A stretch of 64,000 nucleotides of DNA from the NCBI GenBank assembly GCA_000999095.1, contig LCFP01000007.1, positions 5,013 to 69,012 of the forward strand. Reading direction: 5' to 3'. The number at the start of each line of letters is the position of its first letter. The stretch's first letter is position 1. The notes under the pieces are model-generated. The model saw only the letters and a list, made by a program, of their open reading frames with translations, did not search any database and was not told the DNA's origin. The stretch is from Candidatus Gottesmanbacteria bacterium GW2011_GWA2_43_14 (GTDB taxonomy: Bacteria > Patescibacteriota > Microgenomatia > 2-02-FULL-39-11). Position numbers and translations under genes: made by a program. Below, in pieces: positions 46,230-55,943 of this stretch.

Positions 46230-47576
46230 ATGTACTATAAAAATATTCTGGAAGCAATCGGTAATACTCCTTTGGTTAAGATCAACAAACTTAACCCCAA
46301 TACCAGAGTGACAATGCTGGCTAAACTGGAATTTATGAATCCTGGAGGCTCAATAAAAGACCGGATCGGTCTGCCGATGGTGGAGAGGGCGGAAAAAATG
46401 GGCAAGCTGAAAAAGGGCGGCACGATCGTCGAACCGACCAGCGGTAATACCGGAGTCGGACTGGCCATGGCAGCTGCCGTAAAAGGATATAAGACGGTCT
46501 TCGTCATGCCGGATAAAATGAGCGAGGAAAAAAGAAATTTGTTAAGGGCATACGGTTCCAAAGTAGTGGTCACTCCCACAGCTGTTACACCGTCCGATGA
46601 AAGAAGTTATTACCGCGTTTCTGATCAGTTGACGAACGAAAACCCGAATTCCTATAAACCCGACCAGTATAGTAATCCGGCCAATCCGGAAACTCATTAC
46701 CGGACAACCGGACCGGAAATTTGGCGCCAGACAGAAGGCAAGGTCACCCATGTCGTTATCGGTATGGGTACAGGCGGCACAATTACCGGAGTCGGAAAAT
46801 ATTTAAAGGAGAAAAATCCGAAAATCAAAATCATCGGCGTTGATCCGGTTGGCAGCGGCTATTTCCACTTTTATAAAACCGGCAAAATGCCTGAGGTTTT
46901 CAAAACCTACAAAGTGGAAGGAATTGGGGAAGATTTTTTACCGGGAACCATGGATTTTTCCATAGTTGATGATGTTATTGTTGTTTCCGACAAAGAAAGC
47001 TTTATGACAGCCAGGTCACTGGCTTATGAAGAGGGGATACTGGCCGGAGGATCTTCAGGACTGGCCTTGGCTGCTGCCAGGAAAGTTTCCAGGAAAATTA
47101 AAGAGGGGATGATGGTGGTTATTTTGCCTGATTCCGGCAAGAACTATCTGACGAAATTTTACAATGACGACTGGATGAGGGATTTCGGTTTCCTTGATGA
47201 TGAGAGCGAAACCATCAAGAAACTCCTCAAGAAAAAACTGCATTTTATTACCATAGAATCCGGCGCTACACCGGCAGAAGCAATTAAGCTTATGCGCAGG
47301 TATATGATTTCCCAACTTCCGGTTGTGGAAAATAAAAAAGTAGTCGGCACCCTGACGGAGACTATTCTCATCAGGAGTTTATTCGGCAATTCCAAAATCC
47401 CGATAAGTGTGGCGGAGATTATGGACAAAGAATTTATTATGCTGCCTGAGACTTCTTCCGAAACCCAGCTTGCTCAGGCCCTCAAGAAAAAGGAAATGGT
47501 CATCATCTCCGATAAGAAGGGGAAACCGATTGATGTCCTGACCCGGATTGACTTTCTGGGTTTCTTTTCAGTTTAA
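46230..47576 (+). CDS. Cystathionine beta-synthase: a cysteine-synthase-fold PLP domain plus a C-terminal CBS pair.
   Basis: GGSIKDR (PLP Lys), GNTG, and a C-terminal tandem CBS domain. Confidence 0.7.
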   Translation: MYYKNILEAIGNTPLVKINKLNPNTRVTMLAKLEFMNPGGSIKDRIGLPMVERAEKMGKLKKGGTIVEPTSGNTGVGLAMAAAVKGYKTVFVMPDKMSEEKRNLLRAYGSKVVVTPTAVTPSDERSYYRVSDQLTNENPNSYKPDQYSNPANPETHYRTTGPEIWRQTEGKVTHVVIGMGTGGTITGVGKYLKEKNPKIKIIGVDPVGSGYFHFYKTGKMPEVFKTYKVEGIGEDFLPGTMDFSIVDDVIVVSDKESFMTARSLAYEEGILAGGSSGLALAAARKVSRKIKEGMMVVILPDSGKNYLTKFYNDDWMRDFGFLDDESETIKKLLKKKLHFITIESGATPAEAIKLMRRYMISQLPVVENKKVVGTLTETILIRSLFGNSKIPISVAEIMDKEFIMLPETSSETQLAQALKKKEMVIISDKKGKPIDVLTRIDFLGFFSV

Positions 47577-49556
47577 GCTGAAGGAAACGGAGTCGGTTAC
47601 TTTTTTCCAGTGGATAAGCTCTTTTTTTATTTTTTCAACTTTTTCATCAGATAATGATTCGACTCCAAGGGCAAATCTGACGTATTTCGGTCCCTTCCTT
47701 TTGCAGTTCAGATAAAAAGTACCTTCATTATTGACGTAGAAGCGGGTTCGAAACGGAATATCAAGCGGGTCAACTCCGTCCTGAATTTGGACATATACGT
47801 AAAAGGCAGCCAGATCATCTTCGGATTTTTTTAATACTCCATTGATTTCCTGCATTTCTTTATCGTCTTCCTTACCGCTTAAAATATATTCATCAAGATT
47901 AAAGATATCAGGCCTGACGCTTAGTATTTCCAATAATTTTTTCTGCCGGTGGTGAAGCATATCAAAATATCTCAGTTGGTCTTCAAAACTGACATAGTCC
48001 CATATAGCCATAGCCTCAGCCATCATGGCATATGATACTGAAGGTGTCAGCAGTTTGGTAATTGCCGGAATATGCCTGGCCAGTGTTTCATCAGGAGTAC
48101 CTACAAAGCCGCTCCGGAGTGAAGGTCTGCCGAAAATTTTTGTCATCGGCAGGACATCGATTCTTCTTTTGAAGCTGTTAATGATTGCCCCGGTTTTTTT
48201 CAGTTGTTCCTGACTGCCCATTCCCAGATAAGCACAATCATTGATGACGATAACTTTGGCATCATTTCTTCCGCGGTGATTTTCTAGGACTTCCAAGACT
48301 TGCCTTAATTGTTCAGGAGGTACAATGGTTGATGAGGGATTATTGATAATTGATAAATCAACAATCAGTACATCCTGGTTTTCATCTTTTTCCAAAAATT
48401 CTTTCAATTTTTGAGGGTTTAAAAAGAAATTATATTCTTTAGCGGTGACCATTTCCACAGTTTGCATCCCCAATTCACGTGGTAATTTGCCCAACATGGT
48501 AAATCCCGGAGTTGGAAAGAGAATCTTTGGACTGTATTCATATTTTCGGGGTGTGTTGCCGTAAAGTTCCTGGTGCAAAGTATATCTGGCCAGCATATAA
48601 GCTCTGGCAATTCCGTCTGTGGCACCGTAACTGACGAATGCACCGCGTTCAGGAATATAGCCGTTCAGATTATACCTGTTTAAATAACCGATGTGGCGGT
48701 CTATCAGTCCTTGCCAGCCGATTCCCAAAGCTTGGTATCCGGTAGGATTCATGTCGGTTTTTTCCAGAATTTCCATGTATGCATCAGCTCTTCTGTCAAT
48801 CCGTTTCCTTTTAGCGCCCCTAAAGCCCATTCTTTCGGGAACATCATGATATTGGGGTTCCATATCGCCTTTTAATGAAATATTGCCGATAATAAAATCT
48901 TTTAAAGATTCGGGATCAATGCCATTTTTCTCGCAGAAATTTATGGCCGCTTTCCTTATATTTATCCATTCCCTGATTTCTGCCGGCCGTTTTTCACTTT
49001 TTAATAGTGTCTTAAAATCCGATCCCATTTCATGGAGTTTTTTTGCCAGCAGAATATTTTTATCGGTAATCTCCTCTTCAACTGCGGAAGTTGATGTCAT
49101 TTTTACAGCAGTAGTTGCGGACATTTCCGGTTTTTTGTCGGGGGTATAAGCCCCCCTGTTCATCAGCCTCCAAGTCCGGTCAGTTGCGGTTGTCTCACTT
49201 TCGATTTCCGGTCTTTTAATAAATTCAAAAAGGGTTCTGGCGGCTGTACTGACCGCCTGAGTTTTTTCTTCGTCAGTAAACGGCATACCCATTGATTCCA
49301 ATCCGTCTACCAATTCCCGGCTGGTTATAGTGAGATAAAATATAAAAGCTTCCTGTTGTTCATATGTCATACCATTAAGCATTTCTTTAAACTGACTGTC
49401 AAACACAGAATCTTCTCTTTTCAGTCCCTCTATCTCTTTTTTCACAAAACCATTAAAAGAATTCTTCTCTCCTTTAGGATCAAAATCTTTACCCATGGGG
49501 TCAATCGGGGCGATAGTTATGGCTTCATATATAGCTTTCGGGATTTCGGGCACCAT
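47568..49556 (-). CDS. Protein with a class I/II PLP aminotransferase-like C-terminal domain and a ~280-aa unknown N-terminal region (662 aa).
   Basis: NPSSTIV (compare NPTG), VINDCAY, and PMTKIFGRPSLRSGF, which gives a PLP-Lys context. Confidence 0.5.
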   Translation of the reverse strand: MVPEIPKAIYEAITIAPIDPMGKDFDPKGEKNSFNGFVKKEIEGLKREDSVFDSQFKEMLNGMTYEQQEAFIFYLTITSRELVDGLESMGMPFTDEEKTQAVSTAARTLFEFIKRPEIESETTATDRTWRLMNRGAYTPDKKPEMSATTAVKMTSTSAVEEEITDKNILLAKKLHEMGSDFKTLLKSEKRPAEIREWINIRKAAINFCEKNGIDPESLKDFIIGNISLKGDMEPQYHDVPERMGFRGAKRKRIDRRADAYMEILEKTDMNPTGYQALGIGWQGLIDRHIGYLNRYNLNGYIPERGAFVSYGATDGIARAYMLARYTLHQELYGNTPRKYEYSPKILFPTPGFTMLGKLPRELGMQTVEMVTAKEYNFFLNPQKLKEFLEKDENQDVLIVDLSIINNPSSTIVPPEQLRQVLEVLENHRGRNDAKVIVINDCAYLGMGSQEQLKKTGAIINSFKRRIDVLPMTKIFGRPSLRSGFVGTPDETLARHIPAITKLLTPSVSYAMMAEAMAIWDYVSFEDQLRYFDMLHHRQKKLLEILSVRPDIFNLDEYILSGKEDDKEMQEINGVLKKSEDDLAAFYVYVQIQDGVDPLDIPFRTRFYVNNEGTFYLNCKRKGPKYVRFALGVESLSDEKVEKIKKELIHWKKVTDSVSFSLN

Positions 49557-49649
49557 ATTGGGCCATACTTTATCACAGGGGCCCGTTATGTCAAGAAAAA
49601 CATACTTGACGGCCGGAAACTAGTACTGCTATAGTAACTATTTAAACAC

Positions 49650-50465
49650 ATGATTCCGTCTTTTTTGATCACTTTCCGGGAAGTCATCGAAGCATCACTG
49701 ATCGTGGCAACTATCCTGGGTATTCTGGCCAAATTGGGCGATAAAAAAGGGATCAGGACTGTCTGGCTAGCAACAGGAGCCGCCACCACCACCAGTTTGC
49801 TTTTGTTATTGTTGGGTAGCCTATTCGGCCTCAGCATGCAAAAACTGTATTCCGGCAGGACAGAGGAGGTTATTGAAGGCTCGCTTATGGTGATATCTGC
49901 TGTCTTTATAACCTGGGCTGTTTTTTTCCTTCATAATTACTTCGGCAAATATAAAACCAAACTTATCCAAAAGATAAAAAAAACAGTGGAAAACCAGGAG
50001 CACAGAGGTTTGTTTATACTGGCTTTCACGGCTGTCTTCCGGGAAGGCTTCGAGATAGTACTGTTTCTGTCCACCATCTTTTTCTCGGTAAGTCCGCAAA
50101 ATATTTTCACCGGTTTTGCCGCAGGTTTTGTTTTGGCTTTGCTGGTTTCTTTGGGATTATTTACCGCCACTCTGAGACTGCCGGTTTTTTATGCTTTCCG
50201 TATGACCAGTATTCTTTTAATTCTGTTTGCTGCAGGGTTGCTGGCAAGGGGAGTTCATGAATTTGCCGAAGCCGGGTTTGTACCGGAAATCGGCAGGATG
50301 ACCATTCATTTTCTGCCGGAAAAGGTAACTTTCGTTTCCGATATGGTAAAAGCGGTTTTCGGCCTTACCAGACATATGGACTATGTCCAATTGTCGATGT
50401 ACCTGGTTTATACAATTCTCATGACCTGGTGGGTCTTCTTCCGCAAAAGAAATAGGACTAGCTAG
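49650..50465 (+). CDS. FTR1/EfeU-family iron permease.
   Basis: Two RExxE motifs (REVIE and REGFE) within TM helices. The product is 271 aa. Confidence 0.7.
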   Translation: MIPSFLITFREVIEASLIVATILGILAKLGDKKGIRTVWLATGAATTTSLLLLLLGSLFGLSMQKLYSGRTEEVIEGSLMVISAVFITWAVFFLHNYFGKYKTKLIQKIKKTVENQEHRGLFILAFTAVFREGFEIVLFLSTIFFSVSPQNIFTGFAAGFVLALLVSLGLFTATLRLPVFYAFRMTSILLILFAAGLLARGVHEFAEAGFVPEIGRMTIHFLPEKVTFVSDMVKAVFGLTRHMDYVQLSMYLVYTILMTWWVFFRKRNRTS

Positions 50466-51726
50466 TTTTCCAGGACTCTTCTTTAGGATTACGGTGAATG
50501 GCAAAAACGCGCATGTCTTGCGGATTAACCCCGCCGGGGATGAGGATTTCCGGATTTACATAACATGTTTCTTCTTCTCGCAATAAGGAATATTCCGAAT
50601 ATCTCATCGCAGAGCGCCAATAATCATATGTATGAGAGTCTGGGTCATCTCCATCATATATTCTGGAAATATTATCCGCATCGGCAATGTAAACTTTTTC
50701 CCTGGGAATCCGGACTTCTAGAATAATATCTCCCTGCCCCATTAATTTGGCGGGATCAACACAACTGTCAAAATCCGGAAAGGCAAAAACAGAGTCATGC
50801 CTGCTCAGATCAGGATATTTTTGCCTGACATCTTCCGGTATAAGAGCTTCGATTTCTTCATCGAACTTAAATTTTGTCCTTTCAGAGGAAATTCCGGGAA
50901 TTTGTTCAGGCTTGCCCGGAATAGGTTTCAGACCTTCCTGTCCGATGGCGTCTAATTTATCCTCAGGCACACGGCAGTATACGGTTAAATAATTGCGCGG
51001 AACTTCCGATAAATTATTGGAAAACAACGGATTATCGGGATGTCTTTTGCGCAGTGCAATCAACTGTTTAATGTGATCCGGAGTGCATGATTCTATTACC
51101 GGATCAAGAAACCCCAAAATATCCTGTGTTAATTGTATGGAGTCAATGGGATCTGTTTGTTTTTCGGCCGGTTCCTTGGATACACGGATCACATCAATAT
51201 GCTGATTTTTATCACCTGAATTTTTAAGATTTGGAATTTTGACGGTGATTCTTTCATGTTCACCGATCAGTGAAATCAACGCTCTTTCATTCGACAGAAC
51301 ATAATGAGCTCTTAAAGATTGACCACTGCTGCCGGATATGAATTTTTTAAGGGAGTCTGGAAGCTGGTTTCCAGCGAGTCTCATTGAGAAACCTATCCTT
51401 TCCTCACTTACCGGACCACTGCGGTTGTCGGCGTTGATCAGCATCATGATTTTTAATTGTTCTTCAATTTTACTGATCATTTCAGTTATGCGGATTTGTT
51501 CCAGCTGGTGTTCTATTTTTTCCGGAGCATCAGGCTGATCAAACAACGATTCCGTATTCAGTTCATCTTTGGGAGGAAGTCCTTTTATTCTTGATAAAAG
51601 ACCATGTTTTTTTAATCTTGTGAGAAATCCGGCTGTTATTTCCCGATCGCTATTCCCGTTGGAAGGGGGTGTTATTTCGGGTGGAGATGGGACAGCCGGT
51701 TTTTCAAAAGGTTTTCTTAATTTCAT
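50458..51726 (-). CDS. Hypothetical protein (422 aa).
   Basis: A long ORF with no recognisable motifs. It overlaps the upstream small gene by 4 bp. Confidence 0.5.
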   Translation of the reverse strand: MKLRKPFEKPAVPSPPEITPPSNGNSDREITAGFLTRLKKHGLLSRIKGLPPKDELNTESLFDQPDAPEKIEHQLEQIRITEMISKIEEQLKIMMLINADNRSGPVSEERIGFSMRLAGNQLPDSLKKFISGSSGQSLRAHYVLSNERALISLIGEHERITVKIPNLKNSGDKNQHIDVIRVSKEPAEKQTDPIDSIQLTQDILGFLDPVIESCTPDHIKQLIALRKRHPDNPLFSNNLSEVPRNYLTVYCRVPEDKLDAIGQEGLKPIPGKPEQIPGISSERTKFKFDEEIEALIPEDVRQKYPDLSRHDSVFAFPDFDSCVDPAKLMGQGDIILEVRIPREKVYIADADNISRIYDGDDPDSHTYDYWRSAMRYSEYSLLREEETCYVNPEILIPGGVNPQDMRVFAIHRNPKEESWKTS

Positions 51727-52064
51727 TTCAACTTTTGATCGAAAAATTTTTTCATCAGTACGGAAGCCTTGTCCATTTGTCCTTGGTGGATCAATTCAAC
51801 TGCTTCATTCTTTATTATCTCCCGTTGATGTTCTTCATATTCGCTCAGATGTTTGTGAACCACCGCGGCCAGTTCATAAAAATTATCATCCAGTTTAGGG
51901 ATGACGGTAGTTATTTGTTCTTCAGTCAGTGAGTCGGGCAGGACTGACAGGGCAAATTTGGCTATTTGCGAAGCCCGGACCGGAGTTATCTCCAAATGCT
52001 CCAATTTATCCAAAATTAAGTCAGCAATTTCTTTTTCCAGGTTTACCAGGCTGAGTATCGGCAT
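51723..52064 (-). CDS. Small hypothetical protein (about 113 aa).
   Basis: The ORF-track version (to 52382) would overlap prs by 230 nt on the opposite strand, so the internal ATG at 52064 (MPILSLVNLEK...) is preferred. Confidence 0.35.
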   Translation of the reverse strand: MPILSLVNLEKEIADLILDKLEHLEITPVRASQIAKFALSVLPDSLTEEQITTVIPKLDDNFYELAAVVHKHLSEYEEHQREIIKNEAVELIHQGQMDKASVLMKKFFDQKLK

Positions 52065-52152
52065 CAAAATTATTGTATTGGATTGATATTTATATAGCAA
52101 TATTAATCGGGGTTGAATATCGCAACTTAAAGTCCGATAATAGATTCCATTA

Positions 52153-53061
52153 ATGGATTCCATAATTTTTTCCGGCAATTCCAATCCGGAACTGACTGCC
52201 CAAATCACCTCTGAATTGAAAATTCCTCTGGGTAAAGCAGAAATCATCAGGTTTGCCGATTCGGAATGCCGCGTCAGGATCGAAGAAGACGTTGAGGGTA
52301 AAAACATCTTTGTCATCCAGTCGTTGTCCAATCCTGTTGACGAGCATTTGATGGAATTTTTGCTGATGGGCGACGCCGTCAAAAGGGGAGAACCGAGAAA
52401 AATGATTGCTGTCCTGCCTTACCACAGTTATGCCCGGCAGGACCGCATACACCGTCCGGGGGAATGCCTGTCAGCCCAGGTTGTGGCCAAGATGATTGAG
52501 TCAGTCGGATTCGATAAACTTATAACTTTGGAGCTTCACAACGAATCAATCGTCGGCTTTTTCAAAATACCGGTAGTCCATGTTTCCGGTTTGGAAGTTT
52601 TCCGCAAAAGGGTTACGGATTTGAAAGAAGATGTGGTAATAATTACGCCTGATGCTGGCGCTTTAAAAAGGTCTCAGAAATTTGCCGAAAGCCTTGATTT
52701 GCCGCTGGCCCTGATTGAAAAAAAGCGGGATTTGGAACGGCCCCATAAAATCCTCTCCATGCGGGTGGTCGGCGACGTCAAAAACAGGACAGCCGTTATT
52801 GTCGACGACGTGATTGTTACCGGCGGGACTCTGATAAACGCCGCTTTTCTTTTGAAAGAAAAGGGGGCTAAAAAAGTCATTGCTGCCGCGACCCATGCTG
52901 ATTTTGTCGGCGGGGCGGATAAAATTCTTCAGGATTCTCCTTTGGACCAGGTTTGGGTCACTGATACCATTTTTATACCCCCATCCAAAAACTTCCCCAA
53001 ACTGAAAATTTCCTCAATCGCTTCAACCCTGTCCGGGACCATGGCGAAAATGGTAAAATAA
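52153..53061 (+). CDS. prs: Ribose-phosphate pyrophosphokinase (PRPP synthetase).
   Basis: A PRPP-binding loop VDDVIVTGGTL and the N-terminal domain motifs. Confidence 0.9.
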   Translation: MDSIIFSGNSNPELTAQITSELKIPLGKAEIIRFADSECRVRIEEDVEGKNIFVIQSLSNPVDEHLMEFLLMGDAVKRGEPRKMIAVLPYHSYARQDRIHRPGECLSAQVVAKMIESVGFDKLITLELHNESIVGFFKIPVVHVSGLEVFRKRVTDLKEDVVIITPDAGALKRSQKFAESLDLPLALIEKKRDLERPHKILSMRVVGDVKNRTAVIVDDVIVTGGTLINAAFLLKEKGAKKVIAAATHADFVGGADKILQDSPLDQVWVTDTIFIPPSKNFPKLKISSIASTLSGTMAKMVK

Positions 53062-53069
53062 GATAATTC

Positions 53070-53702
53070 ATGTCAGTTCTACCCAAATCAATTGTCCGGC
53101 TGATCGAACATTTCCAGCGATTGCCGGGGATAGGTCCCAAGACCGCCAGCCGGCTGTCTTTATATCTGTTAAATATGCCCCAGCCGCATTTGGAAGCCTT
53201 AGCCTCATCAATTGCCGGATTGAAAAAATCAATTGTCTTTTGTTCAGTCTGTTTTAATATAGCTGAGGCAGATCCCTGCCCTGTCTGCAGTGATACTCAA
53301 AGGATACAGGAGCTGATCTGCGTGGTGGAAAGCCCGGTTGATGTCTTCCAGGTTGAAAAAACGGGTAAGTACAAGGGCAGCTATCATGTGCTTCACGGGG
53401 CTATAAATCCTTTAAATAATATCGGTCCCGATGAGATCAGGATCAATGAACTTCTGCAAAGGATAAAAAAAGGCGGCATAAAGGAAATTATTCTGGCCAC
53501 GAATCCGAATATGGAAGGGGAGGCCACATCCATGTATATCAAACGGGAAATTTACAGGCTTCAGCATGCCAACGGACAAAAAGAAAATTTAAACGGACTG
53601 CTGGTAACCAGACTGGCTCACGGCTTGCCGGTAGGAGCTGATTTGGAATATGCCGATGAAGTCACGCTGTCAAGGGCGTTTGAAGGCAGGAGGGAATATT
53701 AA
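53070..53702 (+). CDS. recR: Recombination protein RecR.
   Basis: HhH, a C4 zinc finger CSVC...CPVC, and a Toprim domain. Confidence 0.9.
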   Translation: MSVLPKSIVRLIEHFQRLPGIGPKTASRLSLYLLNMPQPHLEALASSIAGLKKSIVFCSVCFNIAEADPCPVCSDTQRIQELICVVESPVDVFQVEKTGKYKGSYHVLHGAINPLNNIGPDEIRINELLQRIKKGGIKEIILATNPNMEGEATSMYIKREIYRLQHANGQKENLNGLLVTRLAHGLPVGADLEYADEVTLSRAFEGRREY

Positions 53703-54012
53703 AAAGTCAAAAGCAACCCGCGAGAAGCTTCTTAAGGCATTAAAAAACGTGCCTGATCCGGAACTGGGGATCTCCATTGTCGATCTGGGTTTGGTTTATG
53801 ATGTCAAAATAAATCAACAGGGACAGGTTGAGGTGCTGATGACTTTGACAACCATGGGTTGTCCCTTATTTGATTTAATCAGGGATCCCGTCGAAGCCAC
53901 CTTGATGAAAATTAAGGGCGTTAAAAATGTGACTGTCAATCTGACCTTTGAGCCCCCATGGTCAGTCGAGCGGATGACGGAAGAAGCCAAAGTTAAATTG
54001 GGTTTTTTCTGA
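53650..54012 (+). CDS. DUF59/MIP18-family Fe-S cluster assembly protein (SufT-like).
   Basis: DPELGISIVDLGLVYDV. The start is uncertain: ATG at 53650 or 53656, or TTG at 53680. It overlaps the recR 3' end. Confidence 0.65.
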   Translation: MPMKSRCQGRLKAGGNIKKSKATREKLLKALKNVPDPELGISIVDLGLVYDVKINQQGQVEVLMTLTTMGCPLFDLIRDPVEATLMKIKGVKNVTVNLTFEPPWSVERMTEEAKVKLGFF

Positions 54013-54017
54013 AAATT

Positions 54018-54515
54018 ATGTCCAAAGCTAAAAAAATAATCGGTGCCCTGATAGAAGGCGGAGCCGAAATTGTCAAAGATTCCGCCAGGCAGTTGTCCGA
54101 TACCGTCAGCCCCGTAAAGATGGTCGAACAGGCTCTCGGAACTCCGCAGTCCGGAAAGGAAGATGAATTTAGCAAATATCTTAAAAATTTAGGCGGGGAG
54201 CTGACACCTGCTGAAATGGAGAAGAAGAGGCAGGAATTTGCCGAAAAACAGGCCGGTGAGATGGACCAGGCGAGACAGGTAATAAAAGCAGCTTTGCCTG
54301 ACCATCTGAAACCGCCGTCCGGTCCGCCCGAAGCATCAGTTTTTGAGAAGATGAAGCAGGAAGAAGAACATAAGAAAGCCATGCAGGTTGAAGCCCAAAA
54401 AAAGCAAAAAGGAGCAATAGCCGCCCCCGCCGGCAAGAAAACAGGCGTACTTGGCAAACGCAAGAAACCGGCATCCTCGGACTTCGAAACAGGCAAGAAT
54501 AAAAAAATTGGGTAA
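54018..54515 (+). CDS. Hypothetical K/E-rich low-complexity protein.
   Basis: A 165-aa ORF between the DUF59 gene and cysS. Confidence 0.4.
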   Translation: MSKAKKIIGALIEGGAEIVKDSARQLSDTVSPVKMVEQALGTPQSGKEDEFSKYLKNLGGELTPAEMEKKRQEFAEKQAGEMDQARQVIKAALPDHLKPPSGPPEASVFEKMKQEEEHKKAMQVEAQKKQKGAIAAPAGKKTGVLGKRKKPASSDFETGKNKKIG

Positions 54516-54518
54516 ATA

Positions 54519-55943
54519 ATGAAACTCTACAACACACTTTCCGGAAAAAACGAAGAGTTCCGGCCGTTAAATCCGGCTGTGGTCACCTATTATTCCTGCG
54601 GTCCGACGGTTTATGACTATGCCCATATCGGCCATGCGAGGACATATATCTTTGCCGATATCCTGGAGAGGGTGTTAAGGTTTAACGGATTCAAAGTTAA
54701 GAGAGTCATGAATATCACCGATGTCGGACATCTGACATCGGATGCGGACAGCGGGGAAGACAAAATGGAGAAAGGGGCAAAGAGGGAGAAAAAATCAGTT
54801 TGGCAGATTGCCGAATTCTACACCAACGATTTTTATGAAATGCTCAAGCTTCTAAATATCCGCCGGCCGGAAAATATCACCAAAGCTACCGAATATATTC
54901 CGCAGATGATAAGTCTTATAAAGGAATTGGAAAAGAAAGGCTTTACTTATAAAACCGGTGACGGTCTCTATTTTGACACTTCCCGTTTGACCGACTACGG
55001 CAAATTAACCGGCAAATCGTTCAAGGACTTGGTAAGTTCATTAAAAGCCGGCATAAGGGTGGAACAAGTAGAGGGTAAGAAAAATATTACCGATTTTGCC
55101 TTGTGGAAATTTACTCCATTTCGGGTAATCAGGCAAATGGAGTGGGAGAGTCCCTGGGGCAAAGGCTTTCCCGGCTGGCATATTGAATGTTCGGCTATGG
55201 CTATGGCCATATTGGGTGAGACTATCGATATCCATACAGGAGGTGTAGACCATATTCCCATACACCACACAAATGAAATTGCCCAAAGCGAGGCGGCGAC
55301 AGGCAAGCCGTTTGTCAGATTTTGGCTTCATGCGGGACATCTGACCGTCGAGGGCGAAAAAATGAGCAAATCCCTTGGTAATTTCATCAGGGTTGCCGAA
55401 CTGGCGGCCAAAGGTTATCAGCCGTTGGCCTTGAGATATCTTTTTTTGACAGCCTCATACCGCCGGGAGATGAATTTTACCCTGGCTGCCTTTGAGGGAG
55501 CCCAAGCAGCTTATCTGAATCTCAGAGAAATTATGGCTATCTTAAAAGACAGCTCCCGGAAGGCTGGAAGAGAAAACTTATCGGTCGGGAAAGCGGTTAA
55601 AGCCGGCAATTTCCGGCAGGCTTTTACTGAGGCGGTCAGCGACGATCTGAATTTGGCCAAAGCCTTGGCTGTAACTTGGGAAACGGTTAAAAGCAATTTG
55701 TCACCCGGGGATAAATACGAGCTCCTATTAAGCTTTGATGAAGTTTTGGGCCTGGATCTGAAATCGGCAGAAAACGACTTGCAAAAGGCAATTCCTGACA
55801 ATATCAGGGAGCTTGTTATGAAGAGGCAAAAGTTGAGAGCGGAGAAAAAATTTGCCGAAGCTGACGAAGTCAGGGAAAAAATTGAAAAATCCGGCTTTGA
55901 AGTAATTGACACGGAGAAAGGGACAAGCGTTAAAAAGAAGTGA
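54519..55943 (+). CDS. cysS: Cysteinyl-tRNA synthetase.
   Basis: HIGH as HIGHARTY, KMSKS, and a TGA stop. Confidence 0.9.
   Translation: MKLYNTLSGKNEEFRPLNPAVVTYYSCGPTVYDYAHIGHARTYIFADILERVLRFNGFKVKRVMNITDVGHLTSDADSGEDKMEKGAKREKKSVWQIAEFYTNDFYEMLKLLNIRRPENITKATEYIPQMISLIKELEKKGFTYKTGDGLYFDTSRLTDYGKLTGKSFKDLVSSLKAGIRVEQVEGKKNITDFALWKFTPFRVIRQMEWESPWGKGFPGWHIECSAMAMAILGETIDIHTGGVDHIPIHHTNEIAQSEAATGKPFVRFWLHAGHLTVEGEKMSKSLGNFIRVAELAAKGYQPLALRYLFLTASYRREMNFTLAAFEGAQAAYLNLREIMAILKDSSRKAGRENLSVGKAVKAGNFRQAFTEAVSDDLNLAKALAVTWETVKSNLSPGDKYELLLSFDEVLGLDLKSAENDLQKAIPDNIRELVMKRQKLRAEKKFAEADEVREKIEKSGFEVIDTEKGTSVKKK

Noticed and set aside
47735-47760. A GGGTTCGAAACGG stretch that resembles a tRNA T-arm.
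   Set aside because: It lies inside a long protein-coding ORF and lacks a matching acceptor stem and D-arm. No convincing tRNA, rRNA or CRISPR array was seen anywhere in the window.
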